A stretch of 64,000 nucleotides of DNA from Camelus ferus. Taxonomy: Eukaryota. This document shows, one piece after another, positions 25,791 through 39,664 of the stretch. Under the pieces are notes generated by a model. That model saw nothing but the letters and a program-made list of their open reading frames with translations, made no database searches and was not told the origin of the DNA. Each line of letters starts with the position of its first letter. The first letter of the stretch is position 1. The stretch covers positions 31,002,001-31,066,000 of the forward strand of contig NC_045697.1 of the NCBI RefSeq assembly GCF_009834535.1. The letters run 5' to 3'. Made by a program: the position numbers and the translations under genes.

Positions 25791-28700
25791 AAAAGTATTC
25801 TTTTTTCATGATTTAAAATAATATTCTAATGTTACAGTCAGAGCGAGGCCTTAATTACTCGTCATTTGTTTAACTGCTACTCTCTTTCATGATATTCAGG
25901 AAAAATATGCTTCCAAGATAGGACAGAAAAAAGTCTATAGTTGAGGCAACGTGATTATTAAATTAATAAATCGAGTTACCGATATATGGACATGGATAGA
26001 GATCTACTTCTTACCCATCTTGTAGTGTTTATAAGAGTAACTTTTTAAAGGAAACTAATGAAATTTCAACTGTATAAAGAGAAATGATTCAATAACTTGA
26101 AGGATAAACTGAAAAGAAATGGAAACCCGACTTCCAGAGCAATTCTATACATCATATGTCCTGACAGTCATGTTCCTGTGCATGCATTTAGTCAGTGGAA
26201 ATAAAAAACAGCCGTGAGGTGTATCCTATCCCTTGTGTAGAGGGATACCTAACTCATTGGCGAGAATTACCCTAGGACAGACTGTAATCAAAAATAGTAA
26301 AATTCCCCAGTTTTAGCAATATGTTTACTTTTCATATGCTAAACATCCTTGCAAGTTTCTTTAATTAAAATTAAGTAAAATTAAGCCAACATTTATGTTA
26401 TATTCTTCAGTGATTCAATATTTCAGGTGTACATAATGATTATTCCTTCCCCACCCCCCCAACACCATCTCTGATACAAATCTTCAAGTCTGTATTTAAT
26501 GTTAGGGTGATGCTATGATACTTTCAGATCATCAAGATTTGCTATTAATTGGCTTTGAAGAATTCAGTATTGACATGTTGAGCAAGATATCTGAAACTAA
26601 AAACGATTTATTTCAGCAAACAAAAATTAAGTAGATTCATAGACTTTGATCATGAAGTCTTCCTTGAGAGAGAGTAGTCAACATTTTAGATTAAGGATTT
26701 TTATGCACGTAATGTACCACATGATATACGTAAAAGGAATTTCAGACATCCTCGTATAAAAAAAGAAAGATGAATGCTGATTGTGATTCTCTGGTTAAAA
26801 TGTAACATTCTGCCTCTCTTGGAGATCTACTTAGACTTTTAGGTACAGAGTGAGGAAAACTTCTGAAAAAAATGAAATAAGCATGCATGAAAGTGTTCTT
26901 TTTCAATGATAGATTGTTAGTCACTATGCACTGTGCTTTGTATCAGGTCAGTATAATTTAAGTTACTTATTTATGAAGGACAAATATATCCTTAATAAGA
27001 GAGTTCAAAGCAGACTATATACGAGGAAATGCCTCACTTTTTTCTTGCATGCTTTCCTGGAACAAACAGAATTACTTGCTGTGAAGAATATTATTTTTAA
27101 GGTAATTCAATTTTAGACACAAATAATTGCAGGTAGCTTGATTCGTATTTCATCACGCTAGTTTTAGCCCAAATAGGAATGATGTTTTACTCAGTTTGCA
27201 CATGTATCCTCTTCTCTGTAATGAATTAAATTTTAATAATAGTTTGTTTCCCTCAAGAAGATGATAAACTCCTAAAGAACAAGGATTATCTCAACTATCC
27301 TTTGTGAATATCTTCTAATAGTGGGCAGTCAATATAAGTGATTAATAATTTAATAATTTTTATTTCGTTTCTAGTATGACATCAATTCATACTGGAAAAA
27401 GATTCTATTGGCAAACCAAGCAGATCAAAACCAAGTTAGTTAGGTTATCTTAGGCTTTCAAGTTTATATATATACAAATTCAAAAGCTTTGGGAACTGCA
27501 TTAACTCATTTTGCAAAATGAATGGTACTGTGGGACAGTTGACTGAACTCTGCTTTCTAGGGGGATGTGATTTTCAACCACAGAGCTCACAATGTATAGC
27601 CCATCATGCCTTCTCTCCAGGGAAACTTTCTGTCCTTTTCTGGGCACCACTTATGTGCTTTTAAATAACTTTCTAGTTTACATGCGGACTCAAAATTACA
27701 ATCTCACCTCTAGATCTCTATATGAACACAGAATTTTTTTCTGTGTTGCTGGCTCCCTGTTTTTCCTCTTTGCCAGTTTAACCTTCATCTCAGACAGTGG
27801 AATCAACAGTCCCCTGTTACCTTGGCAACGATGATAGGATAATAGAATTATAATCTCCCAGTGTTCCCTCCTAGCATCATGCTCTTGGAAGAGAAAGACA
27901 ACACAATTATGAAATATAATTTGTGCTACTTTGAAGTGGCAGCATCCATTCATTTTAAGCATATGGCATTTATTGATTAAAAGATGATGTATGTTGAACT
28001 TCCTGTGATTAAAAAAATTTCAACCACAAGAATAAGACTGGAAGTCTGTCTCAGGATAAGAATTTCTTTTGTATATGTATATATTTTTTTCAGTCAGCTT
28101 TACATGTTTCTTTTGACCTTTTACTTTTTCATCAATTTGAAAATAATGGCTAAGAAAAAGTTATCAGCACGGCAGTCTTTAAGACCATTGCCATTTTATC
28201 TGAATAGATTTGAGAATTCTTGAGGCTCTTCATGCTTTCTACAAGCACATTCTCACTGTAGAAAAATAAATTGACACTCTAGGGGTTTACACTTCCAAAC
28301 TACCACATTCAGCAATGACATTCTGTTGAAATCTGCTGCTGATTTGGAAAACTGCTTTTCCAAATTAGTTTCCTGAGCTGATGCTTCTAATACTGTGACT
28401 CTACTTGCATGTTCTCTTGTTTCTTTCCTGATTCTGGAAAATCCCAAGCATAAAGCCTGATCTTTATAATATCAAGAATACTTTAAGTATCTCTGGGTCT
28501 GATTCAGTATTTTTGATGCTTTATTCTTTAATCTTTATTTTCAAGTGCCGTATTTGTTCATTCTGTCTGACCTTTCTTCCATCCCGTAGCATTTGGATTT
28601 GTTTTTGTTATGGTTCCAGGCAGAATGTGGAGAAGTAAATGTCCCCTGTGTAGGATAAATATATGCATAATTTCATTCATTGATTTTTCTCTTTGTTAGA

Positions 28701-29851
28701 AATTAAGAGATGTCAGATCCTTACACCAATATCCTGAAATAATAATGGAGGTAGTTAAAAAATTCTTTTTGCTATAAGATATATTTATTAATACTTTACA
28801 TAGTGACAGTCTGAACGAAGAAGGACATAAAGGTGTTTTTTTTTTCCTTCCAGTTTTGAGAACCTTAGCCACACAATACACAAGAAACTCCTTATTCAAG
28901 AGAAAATAGCAAAATCCTCATTTAGTGCTCAAGAATGAAGCTGAAGCTTATAGCTCCTTGGTGCTAAGTGGAGTGGATGTTTGAATCACTTGGCTTTTGT
29001 AAGTTGAAGGGAGCTAAGTCAAGGCTTCAGCACCTAAATAGGTAAACTTGATTCATTGCTCTTTGATTTCTTCTGGGAGGTAGATCCTAAAGACACAGTA
29101 TATTATTTACTCTCCAGCATTCAACAATTTCTAATGTAGTGAAGATGGGGCCTTTACTGACACCAGTAGCATTATATGACTCAGATATTTTTGCCTGAAA
29201 AGTAAACAGACATTATTTCCCACCTTGCGTCTAGACTGGAAGCAGGACAGGAAGGGATGGAGGTAATCATGCTAGGTGTTATTCACCTCGCTCCTCAGTG
29301 TGTCATTCAGTCTGTTCTGACATTAAAATCTAATTTAGCTAATTTTAATTCAGCAAACATTTCTCTGAGCACTATTTATATGCAAAACGCTCTACCAGAT
29401 ACAGTGGGGAAATCAAAGGTAAGAATTGAACTGGAAAATCTATTTCGGGAAGCTGTTGCTCTGGGGACTCTTCATGGATTCTCCTTCATCGGTGATTGTG
29501 TTAATTGTAGAGAGTTGAGGTAATTATGTAAGGGAAATGCTGGATACATGCTGAGTCCACAGCCAAGCAACCCCGGGAGTCTGAGATGACCATGCCCACT
29601 CAGGATCCGAAGTGACAGGTAGAACCAGGGCTGAAACCCCTTGCTCCCAGAATAGCACTTAACACACAGTCAACAGTCCAGAGCTGTGTAGACTGAATGA
29701 GCTGCAGCAACCTGGAGCCCTTCTCCAGGATCTAAGTGATGACAGATTGGTTGAGCTTTGAAGCTCTAGAATCAGATCAGAAACAGATTACCTTGAGTCC
29801 CTGTCAGCTATTTAGGCTCACCTGGCCCCATTCTTCTTCCTGTCCTCCAAA

Positions 29852-30160
29852 TGGTAACCCCCACCCCATATCCATGGGGTTTCGCATCCAAGGACTCAAC
29901 TAACTGCAGATGGAAAAATATTCAAAAAAATTCCAGAAAGTTCCAAAAGCAAAACTTGAATTTGGCACACACTGGCAACTATATAAATAGCATTTACATT
30001 GTATTAAGTATTACAAATAATCTAGAGATGATTTAAACTATAAAGGAGGATGTGTATAGGCTATATGCAAATATTAAGCCATTTCAGATAAAGGACTTTA
30101 GATTTTAGTATCGGTGGGGGTCCTGGAACCAATCTCCCAATATACTTAGGGATGAGTTTA
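29852..30160. mobile_element. MER2-like Tigger-derived MITE
   Basis: TTGTATTAAGTATTACAAATAATCTAGAGATGATTTAAA...TATATGCAAATA...GGGGTCCTGGAACCAATCTCCC. Confidence 0.85.
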
Positions 30161-30199
30161 TTTATATTTAGCTATTTTAAGAAACTTATAAGAACTTAT

Positions 30200-30395
30200 A
30201 CCTATCATCCATTGAGCAGCATTCTAAGCAGTTCATATCCATCATTCTATTCAGTCTTGCCAAATATTTGATGCAATAAAAATGACCATTTGACAGATGA
30301 GGAAACTGAGGCTCCAGGTTACTTAGGGGATAGCATATCTAAAGTTTAAACCCAGCTTTGTGTGTACCCACAACCCCATCCCTAACCACTAATCT
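30200..30395 (-). mobile_element. MIR SINE
   Basis: Core CCATTTGACAGATGAGGAAACTGAGGCT. Confidence 0.75.
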
Positions 30396-31057
30396 GTAAA
30401 CTAAGAAATCGTCTGTCTTTCTTCTTATAATACAGTAGTCCTGTTTTCAAATAATATTCTCTTCAATGCACTCAGTTTCTTTTCTGATTAGAAGTTCTCT
30501 GCACTTTAAATTAACAATTGAGCTGTAAATTCTGATTTGCAAATTCATGTTGATTAAGAAAGGTTCAATATTCTATAAGCTGAAAAGTTTCAGGGATAGC
30601 TCATTTCCCCTATTTCACTGATGGTTAGTGAGCCTTTTTTCCCCTCTCATCACCAAGATAGTTAGAAAATAAAAATTGATAGGTTCTTTCTCTCCAAATA
30701 GAAGTTCTGAGAACAGCACTTGGGGAGTGAGTCATAATTTATTGCTTCTCAAGGGACAAGTGTTACTGGAGAAAGTCCATTACCTTGCCAACAACTGGCA
30801 AAATTTCTTCTTCACTTTCAGTGATCAATTTTTAGCACTTTCAAGACCAAAAAATAAAATAGTGTATGTGATCACTGTAAAGTAGCAGCAAGTGGAAGCA
30901 TTTTGCACATATTTACTGTGATCAAGTGATTTAAAAATATGCTCCAAATGCCAGGAATATAGTTAAAATCACTTCTCACCAAGCAATGATACTCACATAC
31001 AGAATAATATGTGGGCAATATTTGGAGACAAGATGAGTGAAAGAATAATTATGTTAT

Positions 31058-31322
31058 AGAAAATCAAAGGGGAAAGGAGGGAGGGATAAATTAGGAGTTT
31101 GGGATTTGCAGATAATAACTATTATATATATATAATCGATAGACAACAAGGTCCTACTGTATAGCACAAGGAACTATATTTAATATCTTATAATAACCTA
31201 TAACCTTGTAATAACTTTTTTCATGAAAAAGAATATGAAAAAGAATATGTATAACTGAATCACTATGCTGTACACCAGAAACTAACACAACATTGAAAAT
31301 CAACTATGCTTCAATAAAAAAG
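31058..31322 (+). mobile_element. Cetartiodactyl L1 3' UTR end
   Basis: GGGAGGGATAAATTAGGAGTTTGGGATT...CCTACTGTATAGCACA...GCTGTACACCAGAAACTAACACAACATTG...CAATAAAAAA. Confidence 0.9.
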
Positions 31323-31789
31323 AATATGTTTTATGTCATACTTTCTTTACAAATAAGGAAATAATTTGATATTATGATTAAAAAAATAATACTAACAAGA
31401 AATATCCAGGCTTAGGTCTACCTGCTAAATTTCTGTTCTAACTAGGAATTGAACAAGGGGTATTTTTTTCTTTGAATTAATCATTAATGGTAATTTCCAA
31501 GGTAGTTCTAGTTTGGTTAATATCACATTCAACCCTTTATATAGCTTCTAGAATTTGTAACTTACTATTTTAAATAAATAGATTCTCATTCGTGTCAAAC
31601 TTGAAATAATTCTGGATTGGTAAAATCGCCTATCATTGATAGTGTTTTTGTTCATGTTTTGAGTGGTTGCATAAATCAAGAATTAAGTTAGGAAGGAAAG
31701 CCATTTCTAGTCTTGTCCTCTTTTGAGAAGACCTTTACAGAATGAGAGTCATGCTTGTCTTTAGCCACTCTGCTTTTTTTGCTTCTTTG

Positions 31790-32166
31790 AACAAACCTGT
31801 GGTTTTCTGCCTCAGGGCCTTTTCACCTGCGACTGCAGCTGAAGAACTATCTCCAACCACTCCTGCCCACCTCAGATCTTTGCATTGATCTCTTCTAGCT
31901 TTGGTGGATGGTATTTAACGACTCCTCTTCAGAGAGGCTTACTTCTTTTAAAAGTAGACTCCCTTCTTTTATCATTTCTGATTATATCCACTTTTTCCCC
32001 TTGGTAATGCTGGTTACAATTTTTATTACATATTTATGTGTTTATTGAATGTTATCTGTCTCCCTCTAAGGGCAGGGATCATGCCTATTATGTTCACCTG
32101 TATAGATTCAGCAACTCTTTGATGTTTAGTAGGTGCTCAATAAATATTGTTAAATGAATAAATGAT
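31790..32166 (+). mobile_element. L2 3' end
   Basis: CTGCCTCAGGGCCTTT...TTCAGAGAGGCTT...GTAGGTGCTCAATAAATATTGTTAAATGAATAAATGA. Confidence 0.75.
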
Positions 32167-33779
32167 TGTAAGAGAACATCTGAAGGAAATTCTTGCTGAA
32201 GGGTAGATGCTAAACTAGCAAAACGAAATTGTAATATAGGGAATAATAAACTGATTCTGGAAAAAGATGGCAAAAAGTTAGAAAGTACTACATTCATACT
32301 GAGCAGCTGGAAGCAAATTGTAAACAGAATGAGGGTGGAGAGTGTTGAGAATAGCGTTGGTGTCTTTTATTGGTGCTGACTAGATATTTGATCATTTCAA
32401 AAACGAGGGATTCTGTACGTGCTTAAAACACACCATGTTGAACTACAGCTATTTTGTTTAACATTATGTTACAATGGAAAGAATGGACCATAATTTTATA
32501 TATCTTTATATTTACTGTAGTCTCTTGCTGTATCTTATCCTTGAGTGGCACTCAGTAGATACTTACAGAATACTCATTGCCTGAATGAAAAAAGAATTAA
32601 GCCACTGAAAAGAAGAGCTTAATTTTTATTTTAGCTTAAGACAAGTGTGTGCATTATAGTTATTGAGGGCATGGTATACATCAGGGCACATATCTTCTCT
32701 CTCTAGCAGTTGCTTCTTTATACTTGTAGTCCAATGCAGTGGTCGTGGTTGTGAATTTCTCTGTGACTCTGACAAGCTCAGTATATGGCTTCATGATCGC
32801 TGGGATCATCCACCTAGCAGATGGGGAAGGAAGAGAAATAGCGTGGACAGGACACCGTCTGTCAACTGCCTTGGTCCACAAATGACACGTCACTTTTGCT
32901 CACAGCCCATTGGCAAAAACTCCCCACTTGTTTATTCTCCCCTTAAATGCAAGAGGCTGGGCAGTGTAGTTATGTGTGTATCAGAGTGTCTCACCTTTGT
33001 ACTCACTGGAAGAAAATTCACAAAATTATGAACATCTCTAGTGAAATTATTCGTAACTTATTTTCAACTTTATGCTATTTTCTGAAGTTTCTAAATAGGT
33101 ATATATTAAGTTGATAACCAGGTAAAAACTATAAACGTTAAAAAAAACACTTGAAGCACGGTGTCAGGGCCATCTGAGTACCCTCCCTCTGGAGGTGCAG
33201 ACAGGTTGGGGCACTCACTGTAGAGTAAGTTTCAGTATGACCTTGGATCTCAGGAGGTTGTTCAAGTGCTCGCGTAAGTGACAGGAAATCCACTGAGCGC
33301 GGCGTAAGGAGGACCTTCTCTATGCACGGGTGATTTGGATATAATATTTATCAGTGCTGATCTCCTGGATTGCTCTGGCTGATCTGGCTGGCTGGGAGGA
33401 TTTTCCATTCTTCCCTAACTGTTTCCATGTTTCCTTTCCAAAACCTCTCCCTCTGTCGAAGAGAAGAATGTTTTTTGCTAGCAGTAATTCATCGTCTCCA
33501 ATGCAGATGAAGTCTATTTGATTTAATAAGAACTAATATTGATGGCTTTATGTAGACATGCAACATGTTGACTGCCCTCTTTAAAGAGCATGAAAGACAG
33601 AAGGAATAAGCACTATGAGACTCTGACACCTCCCATCCTACACATTTGATTCCAAATTTTATCTCTGGTCTCCACACTGAACTGAATAGGTATTTCTGCT
33701 GCCAAGATCCTTTTCAGCACTCACCACTGGCTTCAAAGTTCAAGTCTTTCATTTCCTTGTCCCATACTTATTTTCTGTT

Positions 33780-34569
<790 letters not shown>

Positions 34570-34691
34570 TGACTTCATACTTCATGAGTCACTTCCACAT
34601 CTAAGATACTGTCTCAACAGCCATCAGTTAAAAATTAGGTCATTATTCTTAACAAACTAGATTGACTTTTTTTCAGATTGTCTTCTCTCTC

Positions 34692-34839
34692 TTTTTTTTA
34701 TTGATGTATAGTCACTTTACAATGTGTAATTTTCTGGTGTACAGCAAAGTGATTCAGTTCTACATGTAAATATTTCTTTTCATATTCTTTTATAGCACAG
34801 GGAGTTATATTCAATACCTTATAAAAGCCTATAATGAAA
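34692..34839 (-). mobile_element. Short L1 3' end with 5' inversion (twin priming)
   Basis: 34692-34791 is the antisense 3' end with poly-T. 34791-34839 (TATAGCACAGGGAGTTATATTCAATACC...ATAATGAAA) is the adjacent upstream L1 sequence in the opposite orientation. Flanking repeat TAGATTGACT at 34658 and 34840. Confidence 0.85.
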
Positions 34840-36558
34840 TAGATTGACTGACTTCTCAAAGCCAAATTTCTAACATATAAGTAGTCTTCTCCCAGTGTGT
34901 AATGACTAAAACAACGTCTCTCTTTCTTAGCCAAGGATGGGGAAGAAGACAGACTACAGTGTTCAAAGCATTTGAGCAAAGCTTAGGAGTTAATTTCTAG
35001 TTAATCATCCTTAAGACACCAGTTGAGCTTTTATCATCACTTGTATGGATATTTAAACCAGAAAAGACTGATTGCTGCATTCAGTGGATGTGGATTCAGT
35101 TGGAATGTTACGAAGATGTAAAGGCTAATTTGACTTCCTCCCATTCCTGGGGAGGTCGCAGATTTCATCTGAGGTGCATTTCTCCATTAATTTTCCCTTA
35201 AGAACTCTTGAGCAGCACTTGGAAAGTTATTCTTCTATAAATGTACAGACCATGATCCAGATTTTATAGTAAAAAATGAACCCTTAAAATGTGATAGATT
35301 CTGCATGGTAATGTAGGAATATATTATTCAGGTCCTGGGGCCATTGGTAATGATCTTATGTTAAGACAAGTTTTTGAAATTGCCTGGAAGCATTGGTGAA
35401 ATGATTTTCTGTTAAAAATAGGCATTATTATTTCAGGAATGGGATTCATAATCACTATCATTAAGGCAGCAAACCAATATTTTTCATTGTAATACTATTT
35501 TATGTTATTCTTAATATTTAAATAAAATGATCTCTTTTGATGAATTATTCAATGCCTTGACATTATATCATGACATGGGAGGGGTGGGGAGAAAGAATTT
35601 TAACCAAAGACACTCTATTTTTCATTTAAAGGAAGTATTTGGAAAGGTCATATTATGAGGATTTAGAAAAGAAATTAAAGGGTAAAAGCAGTTAAAAATC
35701 AAAGATTCTTTTCATATATAGAATTTACCAGTGAAGGGTTTCATAGATTAGGGGTGGGATCAAGAACCAAAAATCAGAAACTAATAACTATGTTTTACTA
35801 GTTTGGAAACAATCCTGTGCAGATGTCTAGTCATTTGGTTGAGTTCACCTTAGTGGTCTCCGTATTTCACCCAATGCAGAAATTGTTACTGCCAAAGTTT
35901 GACCAAGACTTTATGATGATTAAGCTTAAAAATGTTTGCATTTTTGTGATTAATTTAGCTTGTCATGATTTGAATTAACTCTATGATTTGGAGGGTTATT
36001 TACAAAACTGCGGAACCTATTTAAGTACTTCGATTTGAATTTGTTCAAATCCCCCCCAAAAACTATCATATGAGTAAATACCTTAAATCTTCAAAACCTA
36101 CAAGAGAAAAGCTTTTCCCCACTATGGCTTTATCCTGACAGTGCTATAAATTCACAAATAGCAAATAGAGGAAATCCCAAAATCAAAATTTTAGTACTAG
36201 ACTAGGTTACAATATTTACTTATATTTTTATGCATAATTTCATCACTTTTTTGAGAAAAAATCCAATAAGACTGTCATTTTCTAATAATTTTACCTCATT
36301 TCATTTAGTCATGCTTTAAGAAGACAATAATGGCTGCTGGCAGAGGTCCCTCAAATCAGTTAATCAGTTTTTTTTTTTTCCAGCTGGTCCTTCATTTTTT
36401 TTTTTTTTTTTTAATAATTGTAAAGTAATCATCACATGGTAGGTATTTACAAATGTGGGCCATCATCGTTAGTATCGTCAACACCATCACCTTCATCATT
36501 ATCATAATCTCTAATTTCTGCAGGGCAAAACAGAAGTTAGAAGAGCTCCTACCCCGGA

Positions 36559-36669
36559 TCAGAGCTGCTAGCTGCACTGTCCTGGGGGCTCTATCCACAT
36601 CACTGTCTGTGTGAACAGCACCCCCTGGGGTTGTGCAGTACAGTCTACACAGTGTTGTGTTGAGAGCTG
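36559..36669. mobile_element. MER91-like hAT-Tip100 MITE
   Basis: Quasi-palindromic: CTGCACTGTCCTGGGGGCTC...GTGAACAGCACCCCCTGGGGTTGTGCAGT. Confidence 0.55.
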
Positions 36670-39530
36670 ACTTGCATGCTCGCTAAAAGATGTGTATGAC
36701 ATGAGGGGTGATGCATGTCTCAGGCATGACTGAATAGTTTCCCACAGGCATCCCAAAATGCAATAGCCGAGAAGCCCCAGGGGGTAAAAGCAGAAGTTAC
36801 ACATTCCATTGCTCCCATAGATGGATGTGGGGCCAGATAGAACTCTTCCCTGGATCTCTGTATATTTTCCAAATCCTTTGGAAAGCAAGCAGGAGACCTA
36901 ACTAGATGTAACTTTAATGTAGCAGTTTCTCTGAGGCAGGAAAAAGGGAGGACCTAGGAGTCAGGTATTTGATCAGTGTTCCAATGCATAAATAATCTTA
37001 TTGAAGAAAGGAACTGTGATTGAAGAAATAGTCAGGTTTTTCTTCCCGTTTTAGGTTATAAAACCTTAAAGCATTCAACCTGCAACTTGAGAGGAAACTC
37101 TAAATATAAATGTAATCTTTCAAAGACCCTATATGTCACTTGGCTTCCTCTCTATTAGTTTTGCATTATGTTATTACTGCCTCATAAAACATTGGCATGT
37201 GCCTTGCAAAAATTTGAGCTGTGCAGAGACTAGTCATTGAAAGTATTTGTTTCAAACATTTGTACTCTTAGCAGCACTTGTTTAGAAAGTTGTCTATAAA
37301 ATTAGAACAAATCTTTATTTCATTTGTCAATTCATTTACCCTATAGAATTCTGGGTAATTGAGGATGTGCAGTGTTAATCAAGATTGTAAAATGTAGTGA
37401 TGGAGAGAAAAGGTCACCTGGATGATCAGGTGGGCCTTGTAGATGGTGGTTTGCTGGTGAATCACTCCAGGGCCTTGAGCTGGTCTAAATTGTGGCTCTT
37501 CAGATGTGAATACCTGACTTTTTCATGTCTCTCAGAGATGACAAGAATGTAATGCCTGAGAGAAGCCAATTTGGAAATCTGAAAACCTAGAATCTAGTCA
37601 TGTAGCCTGGAAATAGGGATGTGTTAGAGGTTGTTTGGGTTATTCCTACAAACAGAGAAGTTTGAGAATTATTGACCTACATGTAAAAAGAAAATCTAAT
37701 AAAAAATATTCCTTAGTGTTCTTTATGGCTTCCATGTTTATTGAGGAAAATGGAGAAGATGTGTGTTGATCTGTGATCTTATTCTGATCAGCTGGATCAC
37801 CAGGAGGGTCTTTCTTGAGCCAAAGATAAGTAGAGGCATACTGATAGATGTGCTTCCTGCTGGTGCTCGAATTCCTCAATCACTCGTTGGTTTAGAAACA
37901 GGCCTAGAAATCTTGCCAGTATGCTTTGAAATAGGTGTTCTGGTTTAGGTCTCTTTAAGAAATTCTACTGTAAGGGTATTTATATCTAGATAAATAATTG
38001 TATTCATTTTTTGGAAAATTTTAGAAAACCTTTTTTATTTGTTAAAAAATTACATATTGTTTTCTCGTGCAAGACAAATTACAAAACAACTGTAGAGCTC
38101 ATAGTTCTCCATCTAGTTTGCATGACTGAGTTTGAGATACACCTTGCTCTTGGCAGCAGCATTATTTCCAGAGTCTCTTAGGGTGGGTCAATGATGCAGA
38201 TAATTAAGGTCATTAACTGTTTCTAATTTATTCTTATGGGATTAAATTTCAGGCAGTAATCTTTTCTTGCCCTTCTCTGCAAACCTTCTAATCATACTCT
38301 GTTAGAATCGTCTACTGTAATTTCCGTAATTTTAATTTCTAAAAATTTAAAATTACTGTATTAGAGAAAAAATAGATGCAAAGAAGAAAAGTAACTACAG
38401 CACATACTCTAATTTAGTGGCTCCTTTCTAAGAACTCAAACATATAACCTCCATCTATGTATATACGTTCCTACCTCTGGTTGGTGTGCGTGTGTTGAGC
38501 AGTCTAACATTTCAAAACAAATAAAATATAAGTAATAATGCATTTGCAGAACATTTTACATTATGCAAAGGGTTTTACATACATTATTGTACTTAATTTA
38601 CCCAATTTTTGTGAAATAAACAGCACGTTATTATGATGGTGATGCCTGTTTTTAAATAACTATTTTTAAATAAATAAATATCAGAGAAATCAGCTGGCCC
38701 CAAATGCTGCCTTTTGTTGTTTTTTCAAAGTATCATGCGCCATATAAAAATTTCCAACTTTACCTCTTGAAATGTTACAATGACAAAATATGAAGATTTA
38801 CAAGACTAAATATATCACATTATAATATCATCTGGTCTTTTGAAACTTTAACATTTGGTTAGCAGATTTTTAACTATCATTTATTGAACATTCGGTCCTC
38901 TCCTAGGGGAGGTTTTTCTGCAGAGTTAAATAGCTTCTTAAATTGTACTTTGAAAAATTATCAAAACTTACATTTTTGTAGCAGCATTTGATTGAATTGT
39001 CATGAGACTGCAAGAGTTGATGGAGACCACGGGAGGGATGACTTAGTGCCCTGAAGGAAGACAGCTGCTCCATGTTGCTCACTGACTAGCATGGAGGGTA
39101 TTGACCCAACTTTATGGCCATACTTGTCTAGTTCACTGAATCTAGTTTTGGTAATAGAATAATATTCTAGGAAAAAACGAAACAATGCTCTTAATGACTC
39201 TTTAGTCCCAGTAGTTTATTTGGACCACTCTGGACAAACAACAACAACAACAACAATAGTAAACATTGTACTTCCGGAACACCAGGCACTGTTCTCATTA
39301 TTCATGTGCATTGACATGTGTAATCCTCCGAGCAACTCTATAAGGTGGTATCATTCATTATTAATCAATTAGTCACAACTTGTGCTTCTTTTCTCTATAT
39401 GAAACATTAAGTTGTAGGATTTAAAATCTCATTTATCCAGGGAAATTCTCATGTAATATGCTGTCAAAACAAGCATCTACTAATGGAAATAATTGCCTTT
39501 TTAGCTATCAGTAGGCAAGAAACTCTAGGA

Positions 39531-39664
39531 TTTTTTTTTTTTACATTTTTTTATTGCGTTATAGTCATTTTACAATGTTGTGTCAAATTTCAGTGTAGAG
39601 CACAAATTTTCAGTTATACACGAACATACATATATTCATTGTCACTTTTTTTTTCGCTGTGAGC
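39531..39664 (-). mobile_element. Young camelid-type L1 extreme 3' end
   Basis: Poly-T then ACATTTTTTTATTGCGTTATAGTCATTTTACAATGTTGTGTCAAATT...TTTTCGCTGTGAGC, with CpGs retained. Confidence 0.85.
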
